A stretch of 56,343 bases of DNA from positions 1-56,343 of the forward strand of contig JAYVYB010000144.1 in the NCBI GenBank assembly GCA_043784625.1, given 5' to 3'. A program made the position numbers and the translations under genes. The stretch comes from Methylovirgula sp. Lineage in GTDB: Bacteria; Pseudomonadota; Alphaproteobacteria; Rhizobiales; Beijerinckiaceae. The notes beneath the pieces were generated by a model, which was not told the origin of the DNA, did not search any database, and saw nothing but the letters and a program-made list of their open reading frames with translations. Position 1 is the stretch's first letter; every line of letters starts with the position of its first letter. Shown here one piece after another: positions 45,186-53,682 of the stretch.

Positions 45186-46702
45186 GCTGGCGGCGCAGAT
45201 AGCGCCAACGCATCGAGATCATTGTAAAGCGCTTGGCTTTGCGCATGGATTTTGTTGACAATAGGCTGCATTTTTTGATAGTGCGCCGTCCAGACCGGAT
45301 CGGGCTGAACCTCATCGCCGTAGCGCACATAGGACTGAACAGCCTGTGCGATGGTCGAAAATCGTCCTGTCGCCGTCGCGGCCATCGCGGCGCAGCCGAT
45401 GACGCCGCATTCCGGCTCGACCGGAACCACAATCGGCGTGCCGTAAATGCTGGCTTTGATGCGCAGCCACAGCTCGGTTTTTGCCCCGCCGCCGGAGGCA
45501 ATCACCCTTTGCAGTTTTTGCCCTGCCGCCTTTTCCATAATGCGCAGATGCCGCGCTGCTGCAAATGCCACGCCCTCCATAACGGCGCGGTGCAGATGAT
45601 TCAAACCATGCGCGGCCCCAAGCCCGAAAAATTGCGCCCGCGCATTGCGATGAAGCCCCAAACGTTCGCCGGATAAAAACGGCAGGAAGAACAACCCGTT
45701 TGAGCCTGCCGGAGCCAGCGCCGCTCTTGCCGCCATTTGATCATAGCTTAAACTGTTCTCGTGAAACGCCCGCCGCGCCCAGCGCATGGCATCGCCGCCG
45801 GTTTCCAACAAAACAAATGGGCCCCAATGCCCCTCAATGGTGGCGACATTGCAAATTTCGGGATCAATCAGGGGCGCATCAGCAATCAGCGTTAAAATAC
45901 ATGAGGTGCCTGTGACATCGGAAGCCAGCCCGGGGCGACATGCACCGGACCCCAGCAGCGCTACCGGATAATCCGCCCCGCCTACCAGAACGGGAGTGCC
46001 TTCAAGCAGGCCGGTTGCCTGCGCGGCGGTGGCGCTGACTTGGCCCAAAATCTCAAGCGGATTGCGGATTGGCGGCAGCTTATTGGCGTCCAGCCCGAGC
46101 CGCCCGATCATTTCCACAGACCAAGCCCGCGTTTGGGCGTCCATCAAAAAGCTGCAAGACGCATCGCCGGTGTCCATGGCTTTTTCGCCGGTCAGGCGCA
46201 GGTTGATATAGTCCTTCGGCATCAACACAGAGGCGGTGGCTCTATAGGCCGCAGGATCATTATCGCGCAGCCACGCAAGCTTGAAGCCCGGCCACGCCGG
46301 TGTGGGCGGATTGGCGGTCAGCGCCAGATAGGTTTCGGGCGCGTTGCCCCGTTCAAAATCCGCAACCAGATCGATCGTGCGCTTGTCATTCCACAAGGGG
46401 GCGGTGTGCCGGGTAAGCTCCCCCGCCGCGTCCACCAAAACGGTGCCATGCATTTGGCCGCACACGCAGATGGCCGATATCCGGCTGCGCGCATCATGAA
46501 CGGCAGCCAGCACCATGCGGATGCTTTCCACCACGCCCAGCCACCAATCCTCCGGACGTTGCTCCGCCCAGCCGAAAGCCGGAACAATTTGCTCATGCTC
46601 CCGCGCGGCGATGTGCACAATCACGCCGCTGCTGTCGACAAGCGCGGCACGCACAGAGCCGGTGCCAACATCGACAGAAAGGGTGAGGTCTCGCATCATC
46701 AC
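45182..46702 (-). CDS. FGGY-family carbohydrate kinase (xylulokinase-like)
   Basis: VDVGTGSVRAALVD, FGWAEQRPEDWW, CGQMHG. 506 aa. Confidence 0.8.
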   Translation of the reverse strand: MMMRDLTLSVDVGTGSVRAALVDSSGVIVHIAAREHEQIVPAFGWAEQRPEDWWLGVVESIRMVLAAVHDARSRISAICVCGQMHGTVLVDAAGELTRHTAPLWNDKRTIDLVADFERGNAPETYLALTANPPTPAWPGFKLAWLRDNDPAAYRATASVLMPKDYINLRLTGEKAMDTGDASCSFLMDAQTRAWSVEMIGRLGLDANKLPPIRNPLEILGQVSATAAQATGLLEGTPVLVGGADYPVALLGSGACRPGLASDVTGTSCILTLIADAPLIDPEICNVATIEGHWGPFVLLETGGDAMRWARRAFHENSLSYDQMAARAALAPAGSNGLFFLPFLSGERLGLHRNARAQFFGLGAAHGLNHLHRAVMEGVAFAAARHLRIMEKAAGQKLQRVIASGGGAKTELWLRIKASIYGTPIVVPVEPECGVIGCAAMAATATGRFSTIAQAVQSYVRYGDEVQPDPVWTAHYQKMQPIVNKIHAQSQALYNDLDALALSAPPA

Positions 46703-46714
46703 GCCGCCTGAGCC

Positions 46715-47737
46715 TTAGCGCTTCAACGAGCCGGTGCTATATTGCAGCAACATCGCCACCACGATGATGAGCCCCATATAGACCTGCTGATGATAGCCCG
46801 GAACCCCGGCAAGGTTCATGATATTGGCAATGATGCCCATGACCAAAGCGCCAAGCATGGTGTTGATAACGCCGCCACGCCCGCCCATCAGGCTGGCACC
46901 GCCAATAACCACAGCCGCAATGACGTTTAGTTCGGCACCGACACCGACCTGAGCCGAACCAACCCCCGTACGCGCCGAGGAAATGATACCGGCCACAGCG
47001 GCAAGAATTCCGGAAATGACATATACAACAATGACATAACGCGGCACAGCAATGCCTGAAAGCCGGACAGCCTCTTCATTAGAGCCGATAGCCGTAACAA
47101 TACGCCCGAACTTGGTGAATTTGAGCACCACGCCGCCGACGACAAAAATCGCAAACATCAGAATTACCGGCTGCGGAATTCCAAGCCAGAAGCCGGAGCC
47201 GAAGTTCGACAAGCTCTCACCGGCATCTCCCAGCGAAATCGGCCTGCCCGCAGACACGATAAGCGAAAGCCCACGCGCGATTGCCATCATCGCCAACGAC
47301 ATCACAAACGACGGCAGGCGCAGATAGGCCACAAATCCGCCGGTGATCAGCCCGCATCCAGCCCCCGCCAACAACGACAATATGATGGCAGTGGTAACGC
47401 TATATCCGGAGATTGTGATGAAATATGCCACCAACACGCCGCCCAAAGCTGCGATGGACCCGACCGACAAATCAATACCGCGCGTCAGAATGACAAAAAG
47501 CATTCCAACCGCCATGATGCCCGCACCGGAGGCCACCTGTCGTAACACGTTGAGAATATTGGTTTGGGTGAGGAAGCTTTCAGACCACAGGCTGGCCGTG
47601 ACAACGAGCGCAAGAAAAATGCCCAATGTGCCGAAGCGCTGCACATATTCGATGATTGTGGCGCGGCGGACGCGAGTGTTTTGCGTATCGCGTTGATTTT
47701 GGGTGATTGCTGTTTCGGATTTTTCTGAAAGGCTCAT
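46715..47737 (-). CDS. sugar ABC transporter permease (RbsC type)
   Basis: 340 aa, polytopic, with the conserved GIDLSVGS loop. Confidence 0.85.
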   Translation of the reverse strand: MSLSEKSETAITQNQRDTQNTRVRRATIIEYVQRFGTLGIFLALVVTASLWSESFLTQTNILNVLRQVASGAGIMAVGMLFVILTRGIDLSVGSIAALGGVLVAYFITISGYSVTTAIILSLLAGAGCGLITGGFVAYLRLPSFVMSLAMMAIARGLSLIVSAGRPISLGDAGESLSNFGSGFWLGIPQPVILMFAIFVVGGVVLKFTKFGRIVTAIGSNEEAVRLSGIAVPRYVIVVYVISGILAAVAGIISSARTGVGSAQVGVGAELNVIAAVVIGGASLMGGRGGVINTMLGALVMGIIANIMNLAGVPGYHQQVYMGLIIVVAMLLQYSTGSLKR

Positions 47738-47738
47738 G

Positions 47739-49295
47739 TCATTTCACCAATTGATTGTTTTCAACGCGCCGCGTCATCGCCAGCGACAATAGATTTTCTT
47801 CCGAGTAATTTTCGGGCTGGAGTTCTCCGCGCAGCGCGCCCTCTCCCATCACCAAAATGCGGTCACACAGGCCGAACAGTTCCTGATGCTCGGACGAGAT
47901 CACCAGCACAGCCTTGCCTTGTTCAGCCAGCTTGTTGACGAGCGCATAAATCTCGGTTTTGGCGCCAACATCAACACCGCGCGTCGGCTCATCCAGAATG
48001 ATCACGTCGCCATCGGCGTGAAACCATTTGGCCAAAACCACCTTTTGCTGGTTGCCTCCCGATAGGCTCGAAACCGGCGCATCGATGCTTGCGGCTTTCA
48101 ACCGCAGATTTTTGCCAAGATCGGTCACGGCTGATTTTTCATGTGTGCCGCGTAAAAAGCCGAAAAAATTCACGACGGCGGAAAGGCGCGCCATTGTCAC
48201 ATTGATGCGAATGGGCTGATCAAGAATGACCCCCTGCGTCTTACGGTCTTCCGGGATAAGGCCAATTCCCGCCTGAACCGCATCTTTCGGCGAATGAAAC
48301 TTCACCTTTTTGCCGTTGAGGTGTATCTCGCCGCTCTCCAACTTATCCGCGCCGAAAACCAGACGCGCAACCTCGGTGCGCCCCGAGCCGACCAAGCCGC
48401 CAAGACCGACGATCTCACCGGTGCGCACCTGAAAACTCACGTCGCGCACCATGCGCCCGGCCATCAAATTGCGCACCTCAAGCTTGGGCGCGCCGATGGC
48501 CCTGTTGCCTTTTGGCGGAAACATGGCGGCAAGCGGACGCCCGACCATCATGCGGATAACTTCATTGATATTGGTGTCTTTGGTGGCGACAGTGCCGACA
48601 ATCTGGCCGTCTTTCATCACTGTCATGCGGTCGGCAATGCTAAACACCTCTTCCAACCGGTGCGAGATGTAAACAATGCCGACACCGCGGGCCTTCAAAT
48701 CCAGAATGATGCGGTGTAGCCGCCCGGCATCCTGCGATGAAAGCACGGCGGTGGGCTCGTCAAATACGATGATTTTAACATCGCGGGTCAAGGCCTTGGC
48801 AATTTCAACCACCTGTTGATGCGCCACGGCAAGATTGCCGACAGTCTGGTCCGGATCAATCTCAAAACCAAGGCGGCGCATGAGTTCGGCGGCGCGTTGC
48901 TTGAGGCCGCGATAGGAAATCAGCGGCGGCAGCTCGCCCAAAAAGATGTTTTCTGCAACGGACAAATCCGGTGCGAGGGCAAATTCCTGATGGATAACTG
49001 CGATCCCCAGCGCCCGCGCATCACTTGGCGCACCCAAAGAGACCTGCTTGCCGGCAATTTCAATTCTGCCGCTGCTCGGATGCATTTCGCCGCCCAAAAC
49101 CCGCATCAAGGTCGATTTTCCGGCACCGTTCTCGCCCAGCAAAGCGTGAATTTCACCGCTGCGCACTGCGAAATCAACACCCTTCAAGGCGTGGATACCA
49201 CCAAAAGACTTTGTGATGGCGACTAGGTTTACAAGATCGGTCATTGGGCTGGCCAGCGCTTGAGACTGTGACGGCGAGCTGGAGCCCGCCGCCAC
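47739..49295 (-). CDS. sugar ABC transporter ATP-binding protein (duplicated cassette, RbsA type)
   Basis: GENGAGKST, LSGGNQQKVVLAKW, VIILDEPTRGVD. Confidence 0.9.
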   Translation of the reverse strand: MAAGSSSPSQSQALASPMTDLVNLVAITKSFGGIHALKGVDFAVRSGEIHALLGENGAGKSTLMRVLGGEMHPSSGRIEIAGKQVSLGAPSDARALGIAVIHQEFALAPDLSVAENIFLGELPPLISYRGLKQRAAELMRRLGFEIDPDQTVGNLAVAHQQVVEIAKALTRDVKIIVFDEPTAVLSSQDAGRLHRIILDLKARGVGIVYISHRLEEVFSIADRMTVMKDGQIVGTVATKDTNINEVIRMMVGRPLAAMFPPKGNRAIGAPKLEVRNLMAGRMVRDVSFQVRTGEIVGLGGLVGSGRTEVARLVFGADKLESGEIHLNGKKVKFHSPKDAVQAGIGLIPEDRKTQGVILDQPIRINVTMARLSAVVNFFGFLRGTHEKSAVTDLGKNLRLKAASIDAPVSSLSGGNQQKVVLAKWFHADGDVIILDEPTRGVDVGAKTEIYALVNKLAEQGKAVLVISSEHQELFGLCDRILVMGEGALRGELQPENYSEENLLSLAMTRRVENNQLVK

Positions 49296-49331
49296 TTCAT
49301 TTCTGATACTTTCCGGGGGAGAAAAGAGTTC

Positions 49332-50303
49332 TCAGAAAACAGCGTCCGCACGATAGAACTTGTCAACATTTTCCTTGGTGATGACAGCCGGAGTTGTCAG
49401 GAACAATTTAGGAAAATCCGCGCCCAAAGTGCCGCCCAGGGCTTTCAGTCCAATATCGATGGCGGTGCGGGCAACCAGATCCGGATCGTTCAAGCCGGTA
49501 GCGCCGTATTTGCCTTCCTTGATGGCGGCAAGAGCTTCTTTCTGGCCGTCAGCGGCAGCAAGAACCAACACGTCGGTCTTGTTGGCAGCTTTCAGAGCCT
49601 TCATCGCGCCCAAAACCATCGAGTCGTTTTCGCCGAGAACCACATTGACGTCGCCGTGCGCAGTGAGCAAATCTTCAGTGGCTTTCAAGCCGCCTTCATC
49701 AGCCCAGCCGCCCCAGCCCTGACCCAAAACCTGGTAGCTGGACTTGCCTTCATTGGTCAACTGGCCTTCAACAATGCCCTTGAACACGCCAAGGCGGCGG
49801 TCACGGCCCACTTCATTGCCTTTGTCGCCGGAAAGCAGAATGATTTTCATCGGCTTACCCTGCATTTTCTTAGCCAGCCACTGGCCGACCAAATAGCCGT
49901 TCTGGTCGTTTGAAGACCGAACCTGCGTAACAACGTTGGCCTTGGTGTCGATGGATGAATCCATGACCACGACCTTGACGCCTTTGGCAGTTGCAGCATT
50001 GGCAGCCGGAACCAGCCCGGCAGGATCGCGCGGATTGAGGATCAACAGTTTAACGCCGTTGGTCACCATGTCTTCGACGTCGGCAATCTGCTTGCCCATG
50101 TCGTTCTGGCCATCGGAGGTAACCACAGTGCAACCGGCTTTTTTGGCCTGATCAGCAGCGGCAGCAACCTGAGCCGCGAAATAAGGCGCGCCAAGCGTGT
50201 ACATGGCAATGCCAACTTTACAATCAGCTGCTTGGGCGGAACCCAAAGCGCTTGTCATCATCAGCGCGGCCGCAAGAATTGAGCCTTTAATCATCACCTT
50301 CAT
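49332..50303 (-). CDS. sugar ABC transporter substrate-binding protein (RbsB type)
   Basis: Signal peptide MKVMIKGSILAAALMMTSALGSAQA. GGGAGG lies 7 nt before ATG 50303; the track start at 50369 is a TTG further upstream. Confidence 0.85.
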   Translation of the reverse strand: MKVMIKGSILAAALMMTSALGSAQAADCKVGIAMYTLGAPYFAAQVAAAADQAKKAGCTVVTSDGQNDMGKQIADVEDMVTNGVKLLILNPRDPAGLVPAANAATAKGVKVVVMDSSIDTKANVVTQVRSSNDQNGYLVGQWLAKKMQGKPMKIILLSGDKGNEVGRDRRLGVFKGIVEGQLTNEGKSSYQVLGQGWGGWADEGGLKATEDLLTAHGDVNVVLGENDSMVLGAMKALKAANKTDVLVLAAADGQKEALAAIKEGKYGATGLNDPDLVARTAIDIGLKALGGTLGADFPKLFLTTPAVITKENVDKFYRADAVF

Positions 50304-50350
50304 AACCTGACCTCCCGGTACTGTTTGTTCGAGCATTGTTAGGCAGCTCG

Positions 50351-50371
50351 TTTTGTAGTTTAAATACAAAA
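50351..50371. promoter_or_regulatory. palindrome TTTTGTA-N7-TACAAAA upstream of the SBP gene
   Basis: Perfect 7-bp arms (50351-50357 and 50365-50371), 48 nt upstream of the SBP ATG. The TTGT..ACAA core is reminiscent of HexR/RpiR-type operators. Confidence 0.4.
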
Positions 50372-50386
50372 TTGAAATGGCGTCAA

Positions 50387-50419
50387 TGTAGTATTTTCAA
50401 CATATTTGATTATACTACA
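50387..50419. promoter_or_regulatory. inverted repeat TGTAGTAT-N17-ATACTACA
   Basis: Perfect 8-bp arms (50387-50394 and 50412-50419). The spacer contains CATATTTGAT, which is also found twice in the rha control region. Confidence 0.35.
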
Positions 50420-50443
50420 CATTAGTGAAGCATAAACGCCGCA

Positions 50444-50478
50444 TATTGCGCTGCAATAGGCTATATTGCAGCGCAATA
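50444..50478. promoter_or_regulatory. two copies of palindrome TATTGC-N3-GCAATA, 20 nt apart
   Basis: TATTGCGCTGCAATA at 50444-50458 and TATTGCAGCGCAATA at 50464-50478. ATATTGCAGCGCAATAAT matches the rha region (27585-27602) at 17 of 18 nt. Confidence 0.45.
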
Positions 50479-50573
50479 ATTCGTTCAGAGAAAAACTATT
50501 AAAATAAATGTAGCAAAATTACCAAACTCTTGCTAGCCTGTTCAGTAACAAAATTACAAAGGGAGTGGGGGAA

Positions 50574-51200
50574 ATGCCGTTGATCGAGCCCGGATTGTGC
50601 AGCGTTGATGTTGAAAAGGGCGAGTTGCGCGGCGCAACCAATCGCTATGTCAAGACGCTCGGCGATCTTGCCGGCATTTATCAAGACCAGCACGCTTATG
50701 AAACGCTGCTGGCAAAGTCCGGAAATACCGTGGTCTATGAAGTAACCGATTACAAACCGTCGCAAAACCCCGGTGACATGATAATTGGTGTCACACGCAT
50801 GCTGCCCGGCAAAGTCGGCGACGAATATTTCCTCACCCGCGGACATATCCACGCCAAGCCAAATCGGCCGGAAATGTATTATGGCGAGAAGGGGCACGGC
50901 TTGATGCTGCTGGAATCCCCGGCAGGCGATGTGCGCATCGTCGAAATAGCCGCGCGGACTATGTGCTATGTGCCGCCCTACTGGATTCACCGGTCCGTTA
51001 ACGTCGGCACTGGTGAACTGGTGATGACTTTCGCTTATCCGGCAGATTCGGGACAGGACTATGACATTATCGCCAAGGCGGGCGGCATGCGCCAACGCAT
51101 TGTCGATGATGGCAATGGCGGCTGGAAAGCCATAGAAAACGCAAGCTATCGCCCGCGTGCCCAGGCTGTTGTAAGCGCCATTTTAGCAAAAACTGCATAG
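50574..51200 (+). CDS. cupin-type glucose-6-phosphate isomerase family protein (archaeal cPGI-like)
   Basis: TRGHIHAKPNRPEMYYGEKGHGLMLLE and YVPPYWIHRSVN match the metal-binding cupin motifs of Pyrococcus-type cPGI. GGGAG lies 9 nt before ATG 50574; the track start at 50565 is a GTG. Confidence 0.7.
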   Translation: MPLIEPGLCSVDVEKGELRGATNRYVKTLGDLAGIYQDQHAYETLLAKSGNTVVYEVTDYKPSQNPGDMIIGVTRMLPGKVGDEYFLTRGHIHAKPNRPEMYYGEKGHGLMLLESPAGDVRIVEIAARTMCYVPPYWIHRSVNVGTGELVMTFAYPADSGQDYDIIAKAGGMRQRIVDDGNGGWKAIENASYRPRAQAVVSAILAKTA

Positions 51201-51210
51201 GGCGGGTGAC

Positions 51211-52194
51211 ATGAGCAATTATACTCCCGCCACGCGCCCGACTTTGTATTTTATTGGCGTATCGACAGCGCAAAGCTCGATCATGAAAGTGTTCCCCGCC
51301 TGGGCGAACTATCTCGGCCTGAAAGACGCGGAAATTAAAGGCATCGATTTTCCAATTCATGCCGACCCCGCCAGCTATCGTGACGCCGTAGAGTTCATTA
51401 AAACCGATCCGCTCTCGCTTGGTGCGCTGGTGACCACCCACAAAATCGACCTCTATCGCGCCTGCCACGATCTGTTTGATGAGATTGATCCCTACGCATT
51501 GGCCATGCACGAAACCAGTTGCATCTCTAAGCGCGGCAACAAGCTGATCTGCCACGCAAAGGATCCGATTTCCTCCGGCTTGGCGCTGGACGGGTTTTTG
51601 CCGCCGAACCACTTCGCCACCACCGGAGCAGACATGTTCGTGATGGGCGCAGGCGGCTCGGCCATTGCCATGACCGCCTATATGATGAAACCCGAACGGG
51701 GAGCCAACCGGCCAAAGCGCATCGTTGTCTCAGACCGCAGCCAACAACGGCTTGACGAGATCAGGCGCGTTCACAGCCAATCCCAACCAAATATTGCCAA
51801 ACCGGATATTGCCAAACCGGATATTGCGCTGGACTATATGCTCTGTACCGGAGAATTTGACAATGACGACATTTCAGCCGCGCTGAAGCCGGGTTCGCTG
51901 GTGGTCAACGCCACCGGACTTGGCAAAGACGGGCCGGGTTCGCCATTGACGGATGCTGCAATTTTTCCGCAGGATGGTATTGTCTGGGAATTGAACTATC
52001 GCGGCAATCTGGTGTTTCTCGAACAAGCCAAGCGCCAGCAGCTCCAGCGCAATCTTCAGGTTGAAGCGGGTTGGACTTACTTTATCTATGGCTGGACGCA
52101 GGTGATCAGTGAGGTTTTCAATATTGAAATTGCCACATCAGGCCCGCAATTCGCAGCCATATCCGCAATCGCGTCGCAAGCTTCCAAAGCGTGA
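51211..52194 (+). CDS. shikimate/quinate dehydrogenase-family protein
   Basis: 327 aa. N-terminal substrate domain (LGALVTTHK), Rossmann GAGGSAIAM, and NATGLGK. The assignment is to the family only. Confidence 0.6.
   Translation: MSNYTPATRPTLYFIGVSTAQSSIMKVFPAWANYLGLKDAEIKGIDFPIHADPASYRDAVEFIKTDPLSLGALVTTHKIDLYRACHDLFDEIDPYALAMHETSCISKRGNKLICHAKDPISSGLALDGFLPPNHFATTGADMFVMGAGGSAIAMTAYMMKPERGANRPKRIVVSDRSQQRLDEIRRVHSQSQPNIAKPDIAKPDIALDYMLCTGEFDNDDISAALKPGSLVVNATGLGKDGPGSPLTDAAIFPQDGIVWELNYRGNLVFLEQAKRQQLQRNLQVEAGWTYFIYGWTQVISEVFNIEIATSGPQFAAISAIASQASKA
51791..51827 (+). repeat. 15-bp in-frame tandem repeat (2.5 copies) inside the shikimate-DH-like gene
   Basis: ATATTGCCAAACCGG at 51791-51805 and 51806-51820, plus ATATTGC at 51821-51827. 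Encodes IAKPD-IAKPD-IA. Confidence 0.9.
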
Positions 52195-52207
52195 CAGGCC
52201 TTAACAA

Positions 52208-53629
52208 ATGACCACACCCAACTCTGCGCTTGCCCCTGTGGTTGCAGCCCTCAAAGCCGCGTTGAACGACGCGGTTTTATCCGGCGAGGATATTCCCGCC
52301 CGTAATGAAAAGGACTGGAGTCCGCTGCCGCCACAAAAGCCGCTCGCTGTGGTGCGTCCAGCAGACCCGCAAGGCGTCGCCACTGCCATGCGCATTTGCG
52401 CCACGCATCATGTTGCTGTTGTGCCGCAAGGCGGGTTAACCGGCCTTGCCGGTGGCGCAAGGCCGATTGAGGCAGCAATTGTTATTTCGCTGGAACGCCT
52501 CACCGGCATAGAAGAAATTGACAAAGACGCGGCCACAATGACCGTGCGGGCCGGAACACCGCTCGAAACCGTCCAGCGCGCCGCTGATGAGGCCGGATTT
52601 TTCTTTGCGCTCGACCTTGGTGCACGCGGCTCCTGCGCCATTGGCGGCAATGTCTCGACCAATGCGGGCGGAAATCGTGTTTTGCGCTATGGCATGATGC
52701 GCGAAATGGTGCTGGGTCTGGAGGTTGTTTTGCCCGACGGCACTCTGATGACCAGCCTCAATAAGATGCTGAAAAACAATGCCGGCTATGATTTGAAACA
52801 GCTGTTCATTGGCAGCGAAGGCACGCTTGGCATCATCACCCGCGTGGTTCTGCGGCTATTCCCAAAGCCCGCCTGTACGATGATTGCCGTTTGCGGGCTC
52901 GAAAGCTATGCCAAAGTTCTACAACTGCTAAACGCCGCGCGCCGGGAGCTTGGCCCGCAGCTGTCGGCTTTTGAAGTGATGTGGCCGGACTATTGGCACG
53001 TTGCCACCAAGCGAATACCCAACATACGTGATCCGCTGACATCGCCGCATCAATTTTACGTTCTTATTGAAGCGCAAGGCAATGATGCAAGCGCGGACCC
53101 TGCCCGGTTTGAACAGGTTTTGGCGCACGCGCTGGAAGCCGACTGCGTTCAGGACGCGATTGTGGCGCAATCCCTTTCTGAAAACAAAGCGTTTTGGGGC
53201 ATACGCGACGCGGCCGGTGAATTTGTGCAAGTTTTGGGCAAGCATTCCTCCTTCGACATTGGCCTGTCTGTGCGGGACATGGACCGTTTCGCGGGCGAAT
53301 GCCGACAAGCACTCACCGACGAAATTCCGGGCTGCCAATCGATGTTTTACGGGCATATCGCCGATGGCAACATGCACATCGTCGCCCATGTGCCCGGTGC
53401 CAATCCGCAACCTGCCAAGCAGATTGATGCTTTGGTCTATCGGTTGGTGCGCCAATATGGCGGGACGGTTTCTGCCGAACATGGCATTGGCCTGACCAAA
53501 AAGCCCTATTTGCCGTTTACGCGAAGCCCTGAAGAAATGGCCCTGATGCGCACGATAAAAGCCGCCTTGGACCCGAAAAACCTGTTGAACCCGGGCAAGG
53601 TGATCACTATCGCCAGTGACCAGACATGA
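52208..53629 (+). CDS. FAD-binding oxidoreductase (GlcD / D-lactate dehydrogenase-like, PCMH type)
   Basis: VVPQGGLTGLAGGA FAD-binding motif and C-terminal GGTVSAEHGIG. 473 aa. Confidence 0.8.
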   Translation: MTTPNSALAPVVAALKAALNDAVLSGEDIPARNEKDWSPLPPQKPLAVVRPADPQGVATAMRICATHHVAVVPQGGLTGLAGGARPIEAAIVISLERLTGIEEIDKDAATMTVRAGTPLETVQRAADEAGFFFALDLGARGSCAIGGNVSTNAGGNRVLRYGMMREMVLGLEVVLPDGTLMTSLNKMLKNNAGYDLKQLFIGSEGTLGIITRVVLRLFPKPACTMIAVCGLESYAKVLQLLNAARRELGPQLSAFEVMWPDYWHVATKRIPNIRDPLTSPHQFYVLIEAQGNDASADPARFEQVLAHALEADCVQDAIVAQSLSENKAFWGIRDAAGEFVQVLGKHSSFDIGLSVRDMDRFAGECRQALTDEIPGCQSMFYGHIADGNMHIVAHVPGANPQPAKQIDALVYRLVRQYGGTVSAEHGIGLTKKPYLPFTRSPEEMALMRTIKAALDPKNLLNPGKVITIASDQT

Positions 53630-53682
53630 ACAGCCATGCCATCAAGTGTTTCAGAATCGTCGCCGCCGCGTGATTTAGAGAG

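Noticed and set aside
36140-46702. Erythritol (ery) catabolic locus, suggested by FGGY kinase plus a SorC regulator.
   Set aside because: No EryB-type FAD glycerol-3-P-dehydrogenase homolog, no EryC, and no TpiB/RpiB-type isomerases. The dehydrogenases present belong to different families (GatD, GldA, SDR).
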